Source: Octopus sinensis
Lineage: Eukaryota
Reading direction: 5' to 3'
NCBI RefSeq assembly: GCF_006345805.1
Contig: NC_043005.1
Span: 38,564,001 to 38,628,000, forward strand
Length of the DNA: 64,000 nucleotides
The translations under genes were made by a program, and so were the position numbers. Shown piece by piece: positions 50,481 through 63,400 of the stretch; position 1 is the stretch's first letter, and each line of letters opens with the position of its first letter. Below the pieces are notes generated by a model that saw nothing but the letters and a program-made list of their open reading frames with translations, did not search any database and was not told the DNA's origin.

Positions 50481-51642
50481 TTGGGTTATTTAAATTTTCA
50501 TCCAGTCTTCGTCGACACTTAACCACAAGCACGCTAATAAGTTGCTAACTTCAGCTTGTTCCTTACGCATGTGCACTCGTTAGATACTTGAAAGTTCAAC
50601 GTTGTTCGACACGAGCTTGCGAGAAGACTGGTTATATTTTGCCTGCTTCAGATCACTCCGAATATGGAGAGCCAAAATGAACATTATCGACAGCTCGTGC
50701 TTTCTTATATTAAAAGAATAGGTAAGAGAGCAGCGAAAATGTGTAGAAAAATGGACGCTGTGAACGGAGGGGATGCTGTTACGAAACGTATGTATCAGAA
50801 GGAGTTTTCAATTTTACGATCGGGTAATGCTTCGGTCCTCGCTCAGACCAGCCAACCGAGATTAACAATGACAGCTATGGAGGATTTAGTCGTCACCAAC
50901 CCCTGTTATGCGACTAGGATAGAATGACTGCAGATATCCTCCAAATATCCCTATCGAGAACTCAAAAATCATCTGTATTAACTTGGTTATGTAAGCAGGT
51001 TCGATATTTGTGTCCCACATCAAATACATGAAGCTAATGTCGCCCAACGGTTTTTCATCTGCAATTCGTTGTAGAATATTTAAGAGAATGCTCTATTTTG
51101 AAAGGAATGGTGTTAGGAGACGAAAAATGGATCGTCTATGAAAACGTGAAGAAGCAACGATCACGAACAACCTCCAAAATAAGACTTGACAAGAAAGTTG
51201 TGCTTTTAATTTAGTGGGATTGAAAGGGTTTTGTCTTTTACAAGTTTCTCCCTACTAACAGGATAACCAAATCGGATTTGTACTGTGACAAGCTGGCCAC
51301 ATTAAATGCAGCGACCCACCAGAAGTGTCCAGATCTTGGTAATCATAAGGGCATTGTCCTTCATTACGACATGGCCAGACAGCACAATTCTTTGCAGATG
51401 CGTCTTCACATTTTCACATTCAAACCTGAAGAGGGTGTAAAATTTCAGCTGGAAGGAAATTTTTGCCAACAAAGAGAGGAAATTCTTTGATCAGGGAATG
51501 ACTAATAACCCAAGAAGATAACATAAAAGACTGGAACAAAACGGTAATTATATCATTCATTGAATGAATTGCTTTCTGTTTCAGACTTGTGTCGTATTTT
51601 AGTTTAAGAAAAAAAAAAGACTGATATTTTTAGTCGTCACAA
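50481..51642 (+). mobile_element. Near full-length decayed mariner element
   Basis: MESQNEHYRQLVLSY..GKRAAKMCRK..GDAVTKR..RSGN, CVPHQI, LGDEKWIVYENVK and IVLHYDMARQH. Stops and deletions present. Confidence 0.85.
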
Positions 51643-51686
51643 TATACACAATCACACATAAATACATACATATTTACATGCATATA

Positions 51687-51783
<97 letters not shown>

Positions 51784-51838
51784 ATATATACATATATACA
51801 TATATATATACATACCTACATACACACACAGGCCCGCG

Positions 51839-51870
<32 letters not shown>

Positions 51871-52195
51871 CATATATATATAATCATTTTGCTGAATCAG
51901 TCACTGTTTCATATGATAAATACTATATACTGACAGCTGAAATTTAGCCTAACGATAGACGACAGTAGTCACTACTGATTAGCTAGTATAGTGACCTCGC
52001 TCGCTTTGGAGCGATTATCTCCCCTGTCATGAGCTATAAGTGTCTATTACTCTTGTTTCTAGCAATGTAGGTGCTACCCCGCATCCTCAGTGAATATTAA
52101 GGACAACTGAAATTTTTCCTTTGGTTTTATTTTCCGACTAGCCGCCTTCGTTATTTTACGTATGTATTGTGTATGTATGTATGTATGTATGTATG

Positions 52196-52229
<34 letters not shown>

Positions 52230-52281
52230 TGTATGTATGTATGTATGTATGTATGTATGTATGTTTGTATGTATGTATGTA

Positions 52282-52673
52282 TTTGCAAATTTGTATGTTT
52301 TATGTATGTATTCTCATGCATAGAGTAACATATCTAGACATGCTCATATATATTTAAATGATAAACACCTGGAACGTTTTACAGATTTTTACAGTTCCAG
52401 TGATAGACTGGATCTGTAGCTTTTGAATTAGCTTTCTCCTTTCTGGTTTTGAAAAGCCTAATTTCTCAAGATTGGTATCTAGGCAATGTGTTACATAACC
52501 CAGAGCCCTAATAATTACAGGTATAAAGCTGAACTTGTAATCTGGATAGATTACAAGTTCAATAGTTCAGCATGGGTGTTCTCTTTTTCATTGATCTTCA
52601 GCTTTATGTTAACACCCGCTGGGCAGCTAATTTCCACAACTATGCTCAGTCTCTCTTCTCTATCGCGAATCAT
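52282..52673 (-). mobile_element. R4/Dong-like non-LTR element 3' fragment (restriction-like endonuclease) inserted in (TATG)n
   Basis: DREERLSIVVEISCPAGVNIKLKINEKENTHAELL..YPDYKFSFIPVIIRALGY..KLQIQSITGTVKICKTFQ. (TATG)n lies on both flanks. Confidence 0.75.
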
Positions 52674-53308
52674 GTATGTATGTATGTATGTATGTATGTA
52701 TGTATGTATGTATGTATGTATGTATGTATGTATGTATGTATGTATGTACGTATGTATGTATGTATGTATGTGTGTATGTATGTATGTATGTATGTATGTA
52801 TGGATGGATGGATGTATGTATGGATGGATGGATGGATGGATCTGTGTGTGTGAATGTGTGTGCATGTATGCATAGGTATATATAGATAACTATATGGTAT
52901 CATTACTCTACATAAATATTTAGAACACATACTTTCTTTACCTTAAAATACAGTCTAAAATTTTAACCTATATATATTAATAAAATACATTTATATTAAT
53001 TTCGGTTGGAGAAATTTCGTTCATAAACACGTTTAATTGTTCATCAAGTCTAACCCGTGTGTATGTTTTACTGGCTTACTCGCTTATTCTATTGCCCTTT
53101 CCTTCTTCTTTGTCTCACTCTGGATGTTCCACTAGTATCCGATAAAGGATTATGTGCGAAACGTCGTAAACTTGCTCTATAACTTTTACTCAAGAACAAT
53201 TTTCCTTCTTTGAGGGTCAACTTACTAATATTAACTGTAACCGTCCCTTGGACTTTTGTAATTTTTATCGTTTATTATATATACACAGACAGATACACAC
53301 GTATTTAA

Positions 53309-53640
53309 GGCGCGTGGCTCAGTGGTTAGAGCGTCGAGCTAACGATCGTGAGGTTGTGAGCTCGAATCCCGGACCGGGCTGCGTGTTGTGTTCTTGAGCA
53401 AGACACTTTATTTCGCGTTGCTCCAGTTCACTCAGCTGTAGAAATGAGTTGCGACGTCACAGGTGCCAAGCTGCATCGGCCCTTGCTTTTCCCTTGAACA
53501 ACATCGGTGACGTGGAGAGGGGAGGCCGGTATGCATGGGCGACTGCTGGTCTTCCATAAAACAACCTTGCCCAGACTTGTGCCTCAGAGGGTAACTCTCT
53601 AGGTGCAAACCCATGGTCAGTGTCTGACCGAAGGGGGTCA
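53309..53640 (+). mobile_element. tRNA-derived SINE with well-preserved Pol III A/B boxes
   Basis: A box TGGCTCAGTGG and B box GCTCGAATCC, followed by a non-tRNA body (GTGTTGTGTTCTTGAGCAAGACACTTTA..). No acceptor stem or terminator of a real tRNA. Confidence 0.85.
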
Positions 53641-53698
53641 CAATACATATTACATATATGTATTATATTATTATATATATATATTTATGCCTATGCAC

Positions 53699-53746
<48 letters not shown>

Positions 53747-54490
53747 ATATAAAAATAACAGGAACCAAAAGGTGGAACGAAACGACGAATCGGAACGAAC
53801 CTATATATATATATACGTACTTACGCACGCACGTATGCACACACGTACACAAACATATACGCTCAAATATTCAATAACAGATTTATTTATCTCAAAATCG
53901 TTTAAAGCTTTGTGAGCGTAGAATATGTCCAGCTCATTAGATATTCGGAGACAGAGCTGAGAGGGATAAACAGAAATTGAAAGTGATATCAATGTATCTT
54001 TAGTTATTTCTTTTAAACTCACTCCCTGATCTGTCTCCAAACATCTGAGTAAGCGGGCGTATCCTCGGGTGAAATGATTTTAAGTAATGGAGAGTCAAGT
54101 CAAACTGATATTTAAACCTTGAGAAATTTCTTGAGTTTGTTCACTTACTCATATACGTGTATGTGTGTGTCTGTGTGTGTCTGTGTGTGTGTGTGGTGCG
54201 TTGTGTGTGTGTGTGTGTGTGTGTAGGTGTGTCTGTGTGTCAGTGCACGCGCGTGTTTTCCTATTAACGATTGCTTCTATGTCTACAACAATTTAACATT
54301 AAACGGAGGGAATACTTCTTAACAATGTATAAATTTATAAATGTTGACGAAGCGTTTCACAATTAGCCTTTTACCAGTAAAATTTGACACAACGGCGCAC
54401 GCACACACACATACACACACAAATGTGTATAAATGTATGCGTGTGTGTGTGTGTGTGCGTGCGTGGTTGTGTATATATATGTATGTATAG

Positions 54491-54671
54491 GCGGAGTGGT
54501 TGTGTGATAAGTAGATTGCTTACCAACCACATGGTTCTGGGTTCAGTCCCACTGCGTGGCACCTTGGGCATGTGTGTCTTCTACTATAGCCTCGGGTCGA
54601 CCAAAGCCTTGTGAGTGGATTTGGTAGACGGAAACTGAAAGTAGCCGTCGTCTACATACATATATATATAT

Positions 54672-54709
<38 letters not shown>

Positions 54710-54866
54710 AGTGTGTGTATATGTTTGTGTGTCTCTGCTTGACAACCGATAGAATAAGTACTAGGCATACAAAGAATAAGTCCTGGGGTCGATTTTCTCT
54801 ACTAAAGGTGGTGCTTCAGCATGGCCGCAGTTAAATGACTGAAACATGTAAACGAGTGAAGAGAGT
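54491..54866 (+). mobile_element. Full-length tRNA-derived SINE with internal (TA)n/(TG)n
   Basis: Head GGAGTGGTTGTGTGATAAG..GGTTCAGTCCC, internal microsatellite, and tail CAGCATGGCCGCAGTTAAATGACTGAAAC. Confidence 0.85.
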
Positions 54867-54912
54867 ATGTATATATAAAAAAATTTTTCGTAATGAAATT
54901 AAAAAACGAAGC

Positions 54913-54970
54913 CAGTGTAGATTTTAGAACATTTATAAATTTATTTATAAATGTTCTAAAATCTACACTG
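54913..54970. repeat. Perfect palindrome, 28-bp arms, 2-nt spacer
   Basis: CAGTGTAGATTTTAGAACATTTATAAAT-TT-ATTTATAAATGTTCTAAAATCTACACTG. Confidence 0.95.
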
Positions 54971-55546
54971 CCTTGGTTTTTATTAGGATTTTTTTAAATA
55001 TATATACACACTGGAACTTAACTATGGGTTATCCATAGCACTTATTAAGCATTACCTCTCACAATCTCCTATATATATATATATATATTGGCTCAAGTCA
55101 GGATGTCTTAAAGTTTCGTGGGTGCATAGAACATCTCCATCACATTAGGCAATAATAACAGGATGGGAGTTCTGAGGGAAATCAAACATGGTTCGTAGGT
55201 GTGTAAGCCTTTAATGGTCAGCTCAAGTCCTTTGCAATTATTTATATCAAAGCGGCAGCAGCTCATTTTCATCTTGTCTACGTTTTCAGACAAATCTAAA
55301 CACTTAGATGTCATCTTGAATTTCTAACAAAACTCCCGCTCTGCTCCTCGCATCTGATGAGATGACTGTGTCCTACGCGACCAAGAAAGTTCACATCATG
55401 GTGGGCTGAGTCAATCTATTAAAAAAAATGTATGTAACTACGACAAAATTTGTTGAGTGCTACTTTCTTACGTATATTCACAGACTCGCAAGCACAGGCA
55501 TACACACATACACATCAAGACATAAACGCACACATGCATGTGTGTG

Positions 55547-55634
<88 letters not shown>

Positions 55635-56126
55635 TTATATATACATACATATAAATGAATGTATGTGTACACACACTTACGCCTGCGTACTCACACAAAG
55701 GTTGAGGGCAGAATCACAAAGAAGGAGACAGACAGGTAATCATCGAAACACTATTTGAGTGAATAAAAATTATTGTAACGAGTCATACCGTTGCATTGTG
55801 GAATAAAATGATGAAACAAGTCCTGAGCAATCTCTTCCAAACAATTCATAGACGGAAAATAACCTCTCTTCTCTCCCACTGATACAGAACACAATATTCC
55901 AATGACCAAACTTCAAAGACACACCATCCTTTCATTGGCATTTCTATGAATGACTGAAGCCAGTCACTAAAGATGCAAACAATTTGGAAGCAATGCAAAT
56001 TATTTAAGTGTTTATGAGAGGTAGTGTAGTTTTCACGATTGATCGGGGCTTTGTATAATATACGAGTTGTGTGCATGTGTATATTGCTTATACGCATATG
56101 TGTGTGTGTACATATATATATATACA

Positions 56127-56158
<32 letters not shown>

Positions 56159-56703
56159 GATATTATATATATATATATATACACACACACACATATATAT
56201 GCATATATTTATATCTATATACAAACACGTACATGCATATATGTGTGTGTGTATTTACAAACACGCGCATACACACATATATATATACGTATATATATAT
56301 ATATATACCTACATACATACATATATGGGTGTGGGTGTGTATGCGTGTATGTATGTATGTATTTATGTATGTATGTATGCATGCATTTATGTATGTATGT
56401 ATGTATGTATGTATGTATGTATATATGTATGTATGTATATGCGTGTATAGGAATTTAGCCTACATAACCACGCTACTGTGAATTTCTCGTTTCCGGAAAC
56501 GGGAAACCCGTACTACTGACGAATGAACAAATAAATAAACTTTATTACATATATTAACTTTTATTTTTTTTAAAAACTATGCAACTATTTTTTAAAGACA
56601 CATGTACCTACCTATCTATTTATTTATCTATCTATCTATCTGTTAGTCTATCTATCTATCTATCCATCCATCAATCCATTTCCCTGTCTATCTATGTCCC
56701 TCT

Positions 56704-56753
<50 letters not shown>

Positions 56754-56754
56754 C

Positions 56755-57232
56755 ATTATCCTCATCATCATCATCATCATCGTCGTCTTCGTTTAACGTC
56801 CGTTTCCATGCTAGCATGGGTTGGACGATTTGAATGAGGACTGGCGAACCAGATGGCTGCATCTGGCTCCAATCTGATCTGGCAGAGTTTCTACAGCTGG
56901 ATGCCCTTCCTAATGCCAACCACCCAGAGAGTGTAGTGGGTGCTTTTACGTGCCACCGGCACGAGTGCCAGTCAGGCAGTACTGGCAATGGCCACGCTCA
57001 AATGGTGTTTTTTACGTGCCACCTGCACAGGAGCCAGTCCAGCGGCACTGGCAACGATCTCACTCTAATGTTTTTCACGTGCCAGTAAGGCGACGCTGGT
57101 AACGATTACGCTCGAATGGTGCTTTTAACGTGTCACTAGTTGCGGAAGCCAGTTAGCTGCTCTGGCAACGATCACGCTCGGATGGTGCTCTTAGCGCCCC
57201 ACTAGCACGGATGTCAGTCATCGAATTTGATT
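56755..57232 (-). mobile_element. Retroelement 3' end with (GAT)n tail and internal tandem subrepeats (probably RTE-associated)
   Basis: Minus strand ends GGACGTTAAACG followed by a (GAT)n-like tail. Repeated TTTTACGTGCCA..CTGGCAA..CACGCTC units. A second copy lies at 61677-61995. Confidence 0.65.
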
Positions 57233-57269
57233 TATATATATATAAGTACATATAATTGAAGAAATTTGT

Positions 57270-57652
57270 GTCAGGAAGAAGGAGTACGTATGGACATTTA
57301 TTTATTATTCTCTACAGTTGTTTCGACGCAACGTAGTTCTCCAAGAATACTGGTACTTATTATGCAACTGTTTGTTTGCATAATGAGACCTAGTTGTGTT
57401 TCTGCAGGCGATAAACGAGTATTATATCCGCTAATTTAAAATCTTCTGCTTCAAACCACGACAAGGATGATGGCCTTGAAGTAGAAGATTTTAAACTAAC
57501 GGAAACAACACTCGTTTATCGCCTGAGGAAAAACAAAAGATCTGATTATACAAACAAGCAATTGCATAACCAAATACCTGTATTCTTGGAGAACTGTGTT
57601 GCGTTGAAACAACTGTAACGGATAATAATTGAATGTCGCGCTTCTTCCTGAC
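57270..57652. mobile_element. Diverged PLE-like fold-back (~180-bp arms) with decayed hammerhead motif
   Basis: Arms pair around a loop at ~57454-57475. The right arm has CTGAGGA..GAAA-CAACTGTA. Confidence 0.65.
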
Positions 57653-57806
57653 TCCGATGTTTCCAATTTTATATTCACACACGACGAATGCCCAAATTTA
57701 AACTTGGAAGTATATAACAACCCCTCCGATCGTATTGGGTAATTCTGAAGGTGGACGAGCTTTACACTGTACCCTACCCCGTTTCTAACGGAATAAAACA
57801 CAACCT

Positions 57807-57849
<43 letters not shown>

Positions 57850-58731
57850 TGTGTGTGTGTGTGTGTGTGTGCATATGTGTGTGTGTGTGTGGGTGTGTGT
57901 GTGTGTGTGTTGTGTGTGCGCTTGTGTGAGTATTTGTGTTTATGTTCGTGTATACATATATGCGTGTGTGTGTGGGTGAAATTGCGTGTGTGTATTGCAG
58001 ATATGCATATCTTTTTTTTTTCATCAACCGATTGTTATCCTACATTTGTTGTCTTCCCTATATTCCTTCCTCAGCCCCACAACCATTAATATTACCTTCA
58101 TCGCCACATAAAGCACCCTTTGATAAAAACATCCCTTCCTTTACTCTTATCATCATTTGGCACATATGTTATAACCCACCCCATACACACCCCTTCAAGA
58201 TATAACCTGAATATAGTGAAAACAAGATAAATATTAATATACTATAAACGAAACATATACAGAAATATATTATGCAAACGTAACGATGAAGAAAAGAAGC
58301 GTTTGAAATAGATGCCAAACTTTGATAATCACAATATGGGGGCTAAAACCAATTATGTACTTTTTTTCCGTACCTTCCTAATAACGTTATAGTCTTAGCG
58401 AAAACAAGACATCATACAAATAATATTTTGTGCTCTTCGTACTATGCCAACATATATTGATGTTTGTGATGAACAGTATGTGACAAACGATTACGCTTTC
58501 AGCACACCATGTGTCTTATACGGCTTCCGTTAACGCTTTATAGAATCTAATATACCAAATATATGAATATATGCTTCCTTCAGCATACACACACACACAA
58601 GCACATATACGATACACACATGAATGTATATGTACATATATACACATATACATACGAACATATATACGTATGTGTATATCTATATGTATATACATACACA
58701 CACACGTATATGTGTACATCTATCTATGTAA

Positions 58732-58815
<84 letters not shown>

Positions 58816-58844
58816 TTATATATGTATGTATGTATATATGTATG

Positions 58845-58931
<87 letters not shown>

Positions 58932-59383
58932 GTATGTATGTATGTATGTTTTTGTAGTTGAAATTTGCAGAAAAACAAAAGATGAAGAGAGGTGTATAAA
59001 CAACAAACAGGTGCATTAGTTTGACGCTGGGAAGGTGTGAAAGACTATTACGTTTCGAGCCTACATATATATGTATATGTGTGTGTGTATATATATACAC
59101 GTGTGTGTATGAGGGACAGAAACAAGTATAGTTATAACAGGTTGCAGACTCACCTGTCTTAGGTGACAAATGGCAATTTCACAATGTCTTGCTTAACAAT
59201 CTGCAATGGGAATTTCTTCACAGTGATCAAATGCGTGAGGTGTATGTGATTTGACACAGTCCATTAAATCTACATTACCTTTACAAGTGCATAGTGTGCC
59301 GTGCGTCAGATCTCAAAGTGATTACAGAGCAGCGTGGGGGACAAACACAAACACAAAAAAGCTCACACGCACGCAGACATGCA

Positions 59384-59432
<49 letters not shown>

Positions 59433-60097
59433 ATACACACACACACATGCACGCACACACACGCGCGCATAAAATTCATATATTGCGAGTCCTTTCAGTT
59501 TCCGCCTACCAAATCTACCCTTAAGACTGTACTCAGCCCGCGAATATAATAGAAGGCAACTGCCAAAGTTCCACTCAGTGGAACCGAAGCCAGACCCATG
59601 GGATTGAGAAGATAGAAAACAAATCAGGAATAAATATGGAAAGAAACACACCGTGTACTGCTTCTAATTCCTAAACACTACCAACGTTTGTACTGATACG
59701 TAAATTACAATAGCACAGTTCAGTTCTATACAAGATTTTGTACACAATATCTATAAGTTACTCTTCATTTTATGGTCAGAGATACGAGTAATCGATCTCT
59801 GAGGAAGAAGCCAAAATAAAATCAATCACGCCAGCCCAATCCGCTTTACTTCGTCACGGGGGGAAAAACTTTTAGGTTTTTAGTATAAAAACTACAGTTT
59901 ACAATAAGATTAAAAATAATGTTCATCAGGAGTGGCTGTGTGGTAAGTAGCTTGCTAACCAACCAAGTGGTTCCGGGTTCAGTCCCATTGCATGGCATCT
60001 TGGGCAAGTGTCTTCTGCTATAGCCCCGGGCCGACCACTGCTTTGTGAGTGGATTTGGTTGACGGAAACTGAAAGAAGCTTGTCGTATATATGTATA

Positions 60098-62062
60098 TCT
60101 CTATATATAAAACTGAAATGCGTTTTTACCGCTTGGATCGCTTTCAATGCCACTACGACCCGTCCGATTCGCTCCAAAATTTACAGGGACATGTAGAATG
60201 AGGTGACGATGCGCGTGGGCTACCTTAGAAATCCCTAGCTTAAAAGGCGTGGTTGCTAGGGGCCATCTTCTTCACTCACATTATTTCCTTCTTTCCCTCT
60301 CTTACTCCCCCTCATTTATAACGTTGACAATGTCCACTCCCGTTATTTAATGTATTCCCCTCAACTCCCTTTCACTTTGCCTTTATAAGGTCGTCAGGTG
60401 GCTTTCTTTGATGTATCTGTTTGCATTCATAGGGAGAATTATCATCGCCCCAATTTATGTATATGTCTCCCTCACTCACTCACTCTTTTTCCTAATGATA
60501 ATTATCATCGCCCCCACCACCACCGCCACCACCAACACACAATACTCACTCTATTTCATACAAACGGCCTTCTTTTATGTATCTGTCTGTGTGAAAGTGA
60601 GAAATAACTGAAATGTTTTACTCGGTTTTTGAACTGCGTGCGTGTGTATGCATGTATGTGTGTGTGTATGTATCTATGTATGTGTGTATGTGTGTATGTA
60701 TGTGTATGTATGTGTATGTGTGTATGTGTGTGTATGTATGTGTGAGTGTGCATGTATGTATGTACCTTTGCCTGTTTATGTAACGGTCTGCTATGTAGAA
60801 ATGAGGTTGACTCAATGGAAATGCATACATACACACACACATACATACACACACATACACACATACATACACATACATATACATACATACACATACATAC
60901 ACACACACACATACATAGATGCAGACCTATGTTAAAAGTGCTGGCAAGTTTGCATGACAACTATTTTTTTCTTCAAATGAAAGGCGTCAATGAGGACAAA
61001 ATTCCTCATCTTATAAAATGTGGCCCCAGTACACCCGAACGAAATCACGTTATATTAACCAAAATGTGAAAAGGGGTATAAATGGGGCTGGAAGGGGATT
61101 AAAATTTAAAGGAGCGGGTGTTTAGGAATTCTCTGTTACATCAAGCTAAAAAATTTGCGCAAGCCTTTTAATCGTCAATGTGTTGCCGTCCATGATGAAG
61201 AAGTTTTGAATGCTTGCCATGGTGAGTCTACTGTTGTGAAAAAGAATCACTTCAAAACTTGGTGTTTAGGGATTTTCTTTTACATCAAATTCAAAATTTT
61301 ACGCCAGCCGTTAAACAGTCAAAACGTTGCTGTCCGTCGTTAAGAAAAGCCAGCCATACTGACTCTACTACCCTCAGATTCTATCCCTTCAAACTTTGGT
61401 TTCCAATATTTTATTATTTTTATTCAGCTCGCAAGTTTGTCTGTCCCTTTTAAATGTTAGTGTTTTGCTGTCTGCCTTGAAGCAGACCTTTCCGTTATTA
61501 CTGCCTGATATTTATGATTGATCTTTCTAAATATTTTATTTCTCAACTTACTCAAGATATTTTGTTGTTTATAAATGGGAGGGAGTAAGAGAAAGCGAGG
61601 GAGAGTCCGAGAGAAAGGAAGAGTAAGAGAGTGGGGAAAGTGAGAGAGAAAGGAGAGAGAAACAAAGAGGAAGAATCATCATCATCATCATCATCATCAT
61701 CGTTTAACGTCCGTTTTCCGTGCTAGCACGGGTTGGACAGTTTGACCAGGGTCTGGGAAGCCAGGAGGCTGCACCAGGCTCCAGTCTCATCTGGCAGTGT
61801 TTCTACAAGTGGATGCCCTTCCTAACGCCAACCACTCTGTGAGCGTAGTGGGTGCATTTTTCGTGCCGCCGGCACAGGTGCCAGGGGGGGCTGGCAATGG
61901 CCACGATCGGTTGGTGCTTTTTACGTGTCACTGGCACAGAAGCCAGTCAAGGCGGCGCTGCAATCCGCCACGTTCGGATGGTGCTTTTTACGTGCTGAAA
62001 GGAAGCAACAGAAAGTAACAACCACACTCTTACCCGCGCGTAGAGCGGGTCACCTTCAGCTA

Positions 62063-62063
<1 letters not shown>
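60098..62063 (+). mobile_element. Non-autonomous Helitron (1966 bp) carrying internal cargo
   Basis: A|TCTCTATATATAAAAC start. 3' hairpin ACCCGC-GCGTAGA-GCGGGT, then CTAG|T at 62063. Its borders coincide with the split SINE. Confidence 0.85.
61677..61995 (-). mobile_element. Retroelement 3' end with (GAT)n tail nested in the Helitron
   Basis: Homologous to 56755-57232. Confidence 0.7.
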
Positions 62064-62094
<31 letters not shown>

Positions 62095-62415
62095 GTGTGT
62101 GTGTGTTTGTGTGTCTATGTTTGTCCCCCTAGCATTGCTTGACAACCGATGCTGGTGTCTTTACGTCCCCGTAACTTAGCGGTTCGGCAAAAGAGACCGA
62201 TAGAATAAGTACTGGGCTTACAAAGAATAAGTCCCGGTGCTCCAGCATGGCCGCAGTCAAATGACTGAAACAAGTAAAAGAGTAAAAGAGTAACTACCAT
62301 ACATAAGCCTCCCTTAGATTTCTCTTTATCTTGAAAATGCTCTGCAGTACTTGCACACCCCCACACACATATATATGCGCATGCAATAACACATACATAC
62401 GTACATACATAATTT

Positions 62416-62447
<32 letters not shown>

Positions 62448-63219
62448 TTAGGATAATGGAGTGAACAAGTAATTTTATTACATCAATTTACAATTGTTTC
62501 ATCTGTATTCGATATCATGAACATTGGTGTTATGCAATAATATAGCAATATATTTATGAGATGTCATTGACACGTATCAAAATTCGACTTTTCAGAATGG
62601 TATATAAAAATTATTTGTTGTAGATACTTAAATTATCAATAATTCATACACGTATCGATTTGAGTGTGTTTGCATGGTTACATCTGCATATTACAAGCAG
62701 AACGAAACCAAACAAAACAAAATAGTCTCCGATTTGAATTAATCCGTCAAGAAACTGATGAAACAAGAATGGAAAAATATAGAAAGCATCCCACCACAAA
62801 AAAAATAAGGAAATACATAATTTTTTCTAGAAAATGTAATAAATTATTGGCTTCTTAATAGTTTCTATGTCAAAAGGTACTTTATAGCAATGTTCTTCGA
62901 GAGATATTTAACCCTCTTGAGGTATTCTATCGGCTATTTTCGTTAGGAATTGTTGACATACAGTTTTTATCACGTTTCTAGACTTTTCATATTTTTTAAT
63001 GCTATATTTTAGTAGTCAGTTAGGATGTGATGTCCCCTAACACAGAATTCATTGGTCACACTGACACCACGAACACATATGCTTAAAGGTGGATGGGCTT
63101 AATAGGGTAATCAGTTGGGTTAAGATCCGAATGAAGTTAAATATATATTGAGAGTGTTTGTGTACGTATGTGTATATATATATATATATATGTGTGCGTT
63201 TAGATATATTATAGGCAGA

Positions 63220-63400
63220 GGACCTAAAAATTTCGTGGAAGAGCCTAGTCGATTAGAGTGACCTGGTTGCTCGAGAGGCACTTATTTTATCGACCCCCGT
63301 AAGGCAAAATCGACCTCGGTGGATTTTGAACTCAGAACGTTAAATCGGAAGAAATGCCACTAATCACTGTGTACGTTGCACTAACGATTCTGCCAAACTC
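63220..63400 (-). mobile_element. tRNA-derived SINE (minus strand)
   Basis: TTTTATCGACCCCCGTAAGGCAAAATCGACCTCGGTGGATTTTGAACTCAGAACG..CTAACGATTCTGCCAAACTCGC. Confidence 0.7.

Larger units (their letters stand above)
59929..62290 (+). mobile_element. tRNA-derived SINE split in its internal (TA)n by a Helitron
   Basis: The 5' half (59929-60097) and 3' half (62064-62290) together reconstruct the SINE seen intact at 54491-54866. Confidence 0.85.

Noticed and set aside
53309-53380. tRNA gene
   Set aside because: A and B boxes are present, but there is no proper acceptor stem or poly-T terminator and it continues into a SINE body.
59154-59200. Minus-strand exon-like segment with TTCCCATTGCAG acceptor and GTGAGT donor
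   Set aside because: All three frames contain stops and no partner exons were found. A non-coding exon cannot be excluded without RNA data.
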